Assembly (NCBI RefSeq): GCF_006345805.1
Contig: NW_021836582.1
Coordinates: forward strand, 1 to 23,591
Origin: Octopus sinensis
Taxonomy: Eukaryota
Length of the DNA stretch: 23,591 nt
Reading direction: 5' to 3'
The notes under the pieces: generated by a model
The model's input: only the letters and a program-made list of their open reading frames with translations
Database searches by the model: none
Told to the model about the DNA's origin: nothing
In this document: positions 20,538 through 23,591 of the stretch, piece after piece
Position numbering within the stretch: position 1 is the stretch's first letter
How the letters are laid out: every line of letters begins with the position of its first letter
Position numbers and translations under genes: made by a program

Positions 20538-21228
20538 ATCGTGACTCATATTGCCATTTGAAATGGCTAACCCCTAAGGATGGATGCTACTGTAGTTTGT
20601 AGCCCCAGGAAGATATCTCCTCCAGCTGGCTATAGACACACTATCTGTGTCCTCTCAGTATTTGTGAAGGGAAGTCATCCTCCCTGTCTTCAACTCATGA
20701 TACACACGGACCCGAGTTTCAAGGTGTTTACCTTTCATCAGCGTGTGACAATCATGGTTGTCGACGAGTAGTCAGCTCCCTTCACAAATACATATACTTT
20801 TTCGATTGACACTGATATTGAAAAAGTGAAATCAAACAATGATAAATCTCAGAGCGAGTTATAAACAGTAGCGGTAACACATCGTGACGCATATTTGCCA
20901 TTTGAATATGGCTAACCCCTAAGGGTGCATGCTACTGTAGTTTGTAGCCCCAGGAAGATATCTCCTCCAGCTTGCTATAGACACACTATCTGTGTCCTCT
21001 CAGTATTTGTGAAGAGAAGCCATCCTCCCCGTCTTCAACTCATGATACACACGGACCCGAGTTTCAAGGACACAGATAGTGTGTCTATAGCCAGCTGGAG
21101 GAGATATCTTTCTGGGGCTACAAACTACAGTAGCATCCACCCTTAGGGGTTAGCCATATTCAAATGGCAAATATGCGTCACGAATGTGTTACTGCTACTG
21201 TTTATAACTCGCTCTGAGATTTATCATT
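20538..21228 (-). mobile_element. Hammerhead-containing retrozyme or Penelope-pLTR-like element: about 1.55 tandem units of 345 bp plus a 162-bp inverted arm
   Basis: 20538-20725 is repeated at 20881-21069. 21067-21228 is the reverse complement of 20838-20998. (TA)n lies on both sides and a hammerhead is present. Confidence 0.85.
20696..20756 (-). ncRNA. Type I hammerhead ribozyme with minimal stem III
   Basis: The minus strand reads CAUGAU UGU CACACG CUGAUGA AAGGU AAAC ACCUU GAAA C UCGG GUC^CGUGUG U AUCAUG. The catalytic core is complete and stems I, II and III all pair. Predicted cleavage is between 20709 and 20708. Confidence 0.92.
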
Positions 21229-21229
21229 C

Positions 21230-21400
21230 TATATATATATATATATATATATCTTATATATTATATATATATATATATATATAACTTCTTCTGTCATGCT
21301 TTAGATCCTCTAACTAGATAAGTGGAAAGAGAGAGGGGGAAAGAGAGGGAGAGAGCGACGAAAGAGAGAGGGGAGAGTGAGTGAGAGAGAGAGAGAGTTA
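21230..21400. repeat. (TA)n tract followed by an imperfect (GA)n tract
   Basis: Read directly from the sequence. Confidence 0.85.
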
Positions 21401-21771
21401 ACATAAGATGTTCATAATGAAAGCACATTATAGGTTTGGTGGTTAACAAATGAATAAAGGAATGCAACACGCGCAGGCGCACCAGCAGGCACTCATAGAG
21501 GCAAACAGAGAGGAGCGGGGGTAAGTGATAGAATAGTTATGGGTGGAGTTATACAAAAAAGAAAAAACATTTTAATTCTATTTTAAGAAAATAAATATTT
21601 TTCGCTAGAAAATTAGAATTCATTTTATCATTTTGTATATTGCCATATTTCCTGACGTTACCTACCCAGGCTGTCAACAGAATAGTTCCGGCTAATCCTC
21701 TAGTATGAGTTCTTGCACGCACACTTACACACACACAAACACATATACACACATATATATATATACATATA

Positions 21772-21929
21772 TACGACAGGCTTCTTTCAGTTTCCGTCTA
21801 CCAAATCCACTCACAAGGCATTGGTCGGCCCAGGACTATAGCAGAAGACACTTGCCCAAGATGCCACGCAGGGGACTGAACCAGGAACCATTGTGGCTGG
21901 TTAGCGAGCACTTACCACACAGCCATTCC
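21772..21929 (-). mobile_element. SINE family C head
   Basis: Reverse complement homologue of 20347-20502. Confidence 0.85.
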
Positions 21930-21931
21930 CC

Positions 21932-21984
21932 TATATATATATATTTATATATATATATATATATATATTATATATCTATATATG

Positions 21985-22037
<53 letters not shown>
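21932..22037. repeat. (TA)n microsatellite
   Basis: Read directly from the sequence. Confidence 0.95.
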
Positions 22038-22043
<6 letters not shown>

Positions 22044-22337
22044 ACTGACCAGGCTATCAGATGTTGCTACACATCGCTGGTCACAATGCGCTTTGCATTT
22101 TTTAGCCTTCAAATGACGCCACCCCGCCAGCTAAGCAAGCAGGACAAACAAGAGGAAGAGTGAGAGAAAGTTGTTGACAAAGAGTACAGCAGGGATCGCC
22201 ACCACCCCCTGCCGGAACCTCGTGGAACTTTAGGTTTTTTCGCTCAATAAACACCCAACAACGCCCAGTCTGGGAATCGAAACCACGACCCTACAACCAC
22301 AAGTCCGCTACCCTAACCACTGGGCCATTGCGCCTCC
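22038..22337 (-). mobile_element. SINE family B, apparently full length
   Basis: Reverse complement homologue of 3092-3392, with A and B boxes. Confidence 0.9.
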
Positions 22338-22340
<3 letters not shown>

Positions 22341-22424
<84 letters not shown>

Positions 22425-22560
22425 TCTTTTTTTAAAATCTAGTTTCAGCTCATGAGCTGTGGCCATGCGGGGATATATATATATATATACAAATATATAT
22501 ATGCATATATACATACATATATGGATACACCTATATATATATATATATGTGTGTATATAC
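22341..22560. repeat. (TG)n/(TA)n compound microsatellites
   Basis: Read directly from the sequence. Confidence 0.9.
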
Positions 22561-22680
22561 ATGCATATATAGGTACAGGACATCAAAGAAAAAAACGTTG
22601 AACACAATGAGAAACGAGACATACAACATAGAGAGTATTCCCCTTCTTCAGTTGTTCCTGTTTCATCTCCTCCGCGTTTC

Positions 22681-22755
22681 ATACATACATACATACATAC
22701 ATACATACATACATACATACATACATACATACATACATACATACATACATACATA
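22681..22755. repeat. (ATAC)n microsatellite
   Basis: Read directly from the sequence. Confidence 0.95.
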
Positions 22756-23271
22756 CTGTGCACCTCCTCACGCTGGGGGTTTTTTTTTTCGTTTTTAATT
22801 CGTTTATTTGAATTGACTAAAGATACAAACACACATACATACATGTATGTATGTATATTATACGTCAAAACAGAAGGCCGAAAATATTTGGCATAATTTT
22901 TAATTACATGTTACACGTGTTTCATGCCATGATGGAAGTGAAAAGGTATACATGCAGGAAAAACATGTATAATCTCCTATCTGCAATTCTTCAGACAAAG
23001 CTTTCAGAAGAATATTATTATGCTAGAAACACGATGTACAACGAAGATAGTTAAGCATTGTCACAGCATTGACTCACGGGAACATCAGGCGCGTTTCAGC
23101 CTCTTTTGTACTTCCTCGGTGACGTAGAGTCGGTCTCAGTGTGCCTAGATGGAATTCATCGCTTCCGACGTATAGAGAACAGAACATTATTCATTCTCTA
23201 ACACAGCAGAAAGTTGTTGAGTAACAGTTGGGGCTCGCAGTAGAAACAGCGTTAAATTAAAATAGCAGGCA

Positions 23272-23338
23272 ATTGGTCGATGTAATCGACATAGCCTCTC
23301 CCCCGAAATTGCTGGCTTTGTGCCAAAATTTGGGACCA
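23272..23338 (+). mobile_element. SINE family A 3' fragment
   Basis: ggtcgatgtaatcgac...ccccgaaattgctggctttgtgccaaaattt. Confidence 0.7.
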
Positions 23339-23519
23339 AATTAAAATAGCATCTGGATGTGTGTGTTGTGTGTGTGTGTGTGTGTATTTCTGTGTTCATT
23401 TCTGTCGAAGAGCGTAGGCTCGAAACGTAAATGCCTTTCATTTCCCTGAGCGTTAAACTAATAAATCTGTTTGTTGTTTACACATCCGTCTTTTGTTTTT
23501 TTTTTTTGGGAAATTCATT

Positions 23520-23540
23520 CATATATATATATATATGTGT

Positions 23541-23579
<39 letters not shown>
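23520..23579. repeat. (TA)n-(TG)n microsatellite
   Basis: Read directly from the sequence. Confidence 0.95.
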
Positions 23580-23581
<2 letters not shown>

Positions 23582-23591
23582 AAACATAAGC

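Noticed and set aside
22563-22680. Minus-strand CTGAAGA followed by a weak hairpin, in an island between microsatellites
   Set aside because: No GAAA follows the hairpin. The upstream GAAAC words are not spaced or paired for a permuted hammerhead.
22851-23054. 67-aa ORF in unique AT-rich sequence
   Set aside because: It is short, with no recognisable motif and no convincing splice signals.

Overview
AT-rich, microsatellite-dense eukaryotic non-coding DNA. The repeat families look like those of a coleoid cephalopod (Octopus-like); this is my recognition, not a database result. No host protein-coding gene is supported. The window holds about 20 tRNA-derived SINE copies or fragments, a 5'-truncated, frameshifted RLE-type non-LTR retrotransposon (R4/Dong-like, 16336-19247) inside a (TAA)n tract, and two tandem-repeat elements with the same architecture. 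Each has a tandem arm plus a shorter inverted arm joined head-to-head, and both outer ends run into (TA)n. The small one (345-bp unit, 20538-21228) carries a well-formed type I hammerhead ribozyme on the minus strand. The large one (about 545-bp unit, about 11 units, 3951-10001) carries a variant hammerhead-like motif in each intact unit. In both, the inversion junction falls inside the ribozyme motif. The best candidate for an undescribed system is a set of retrozyme or Penelope-pLTR-like ribozyme retroelements that target TA microsatellites.
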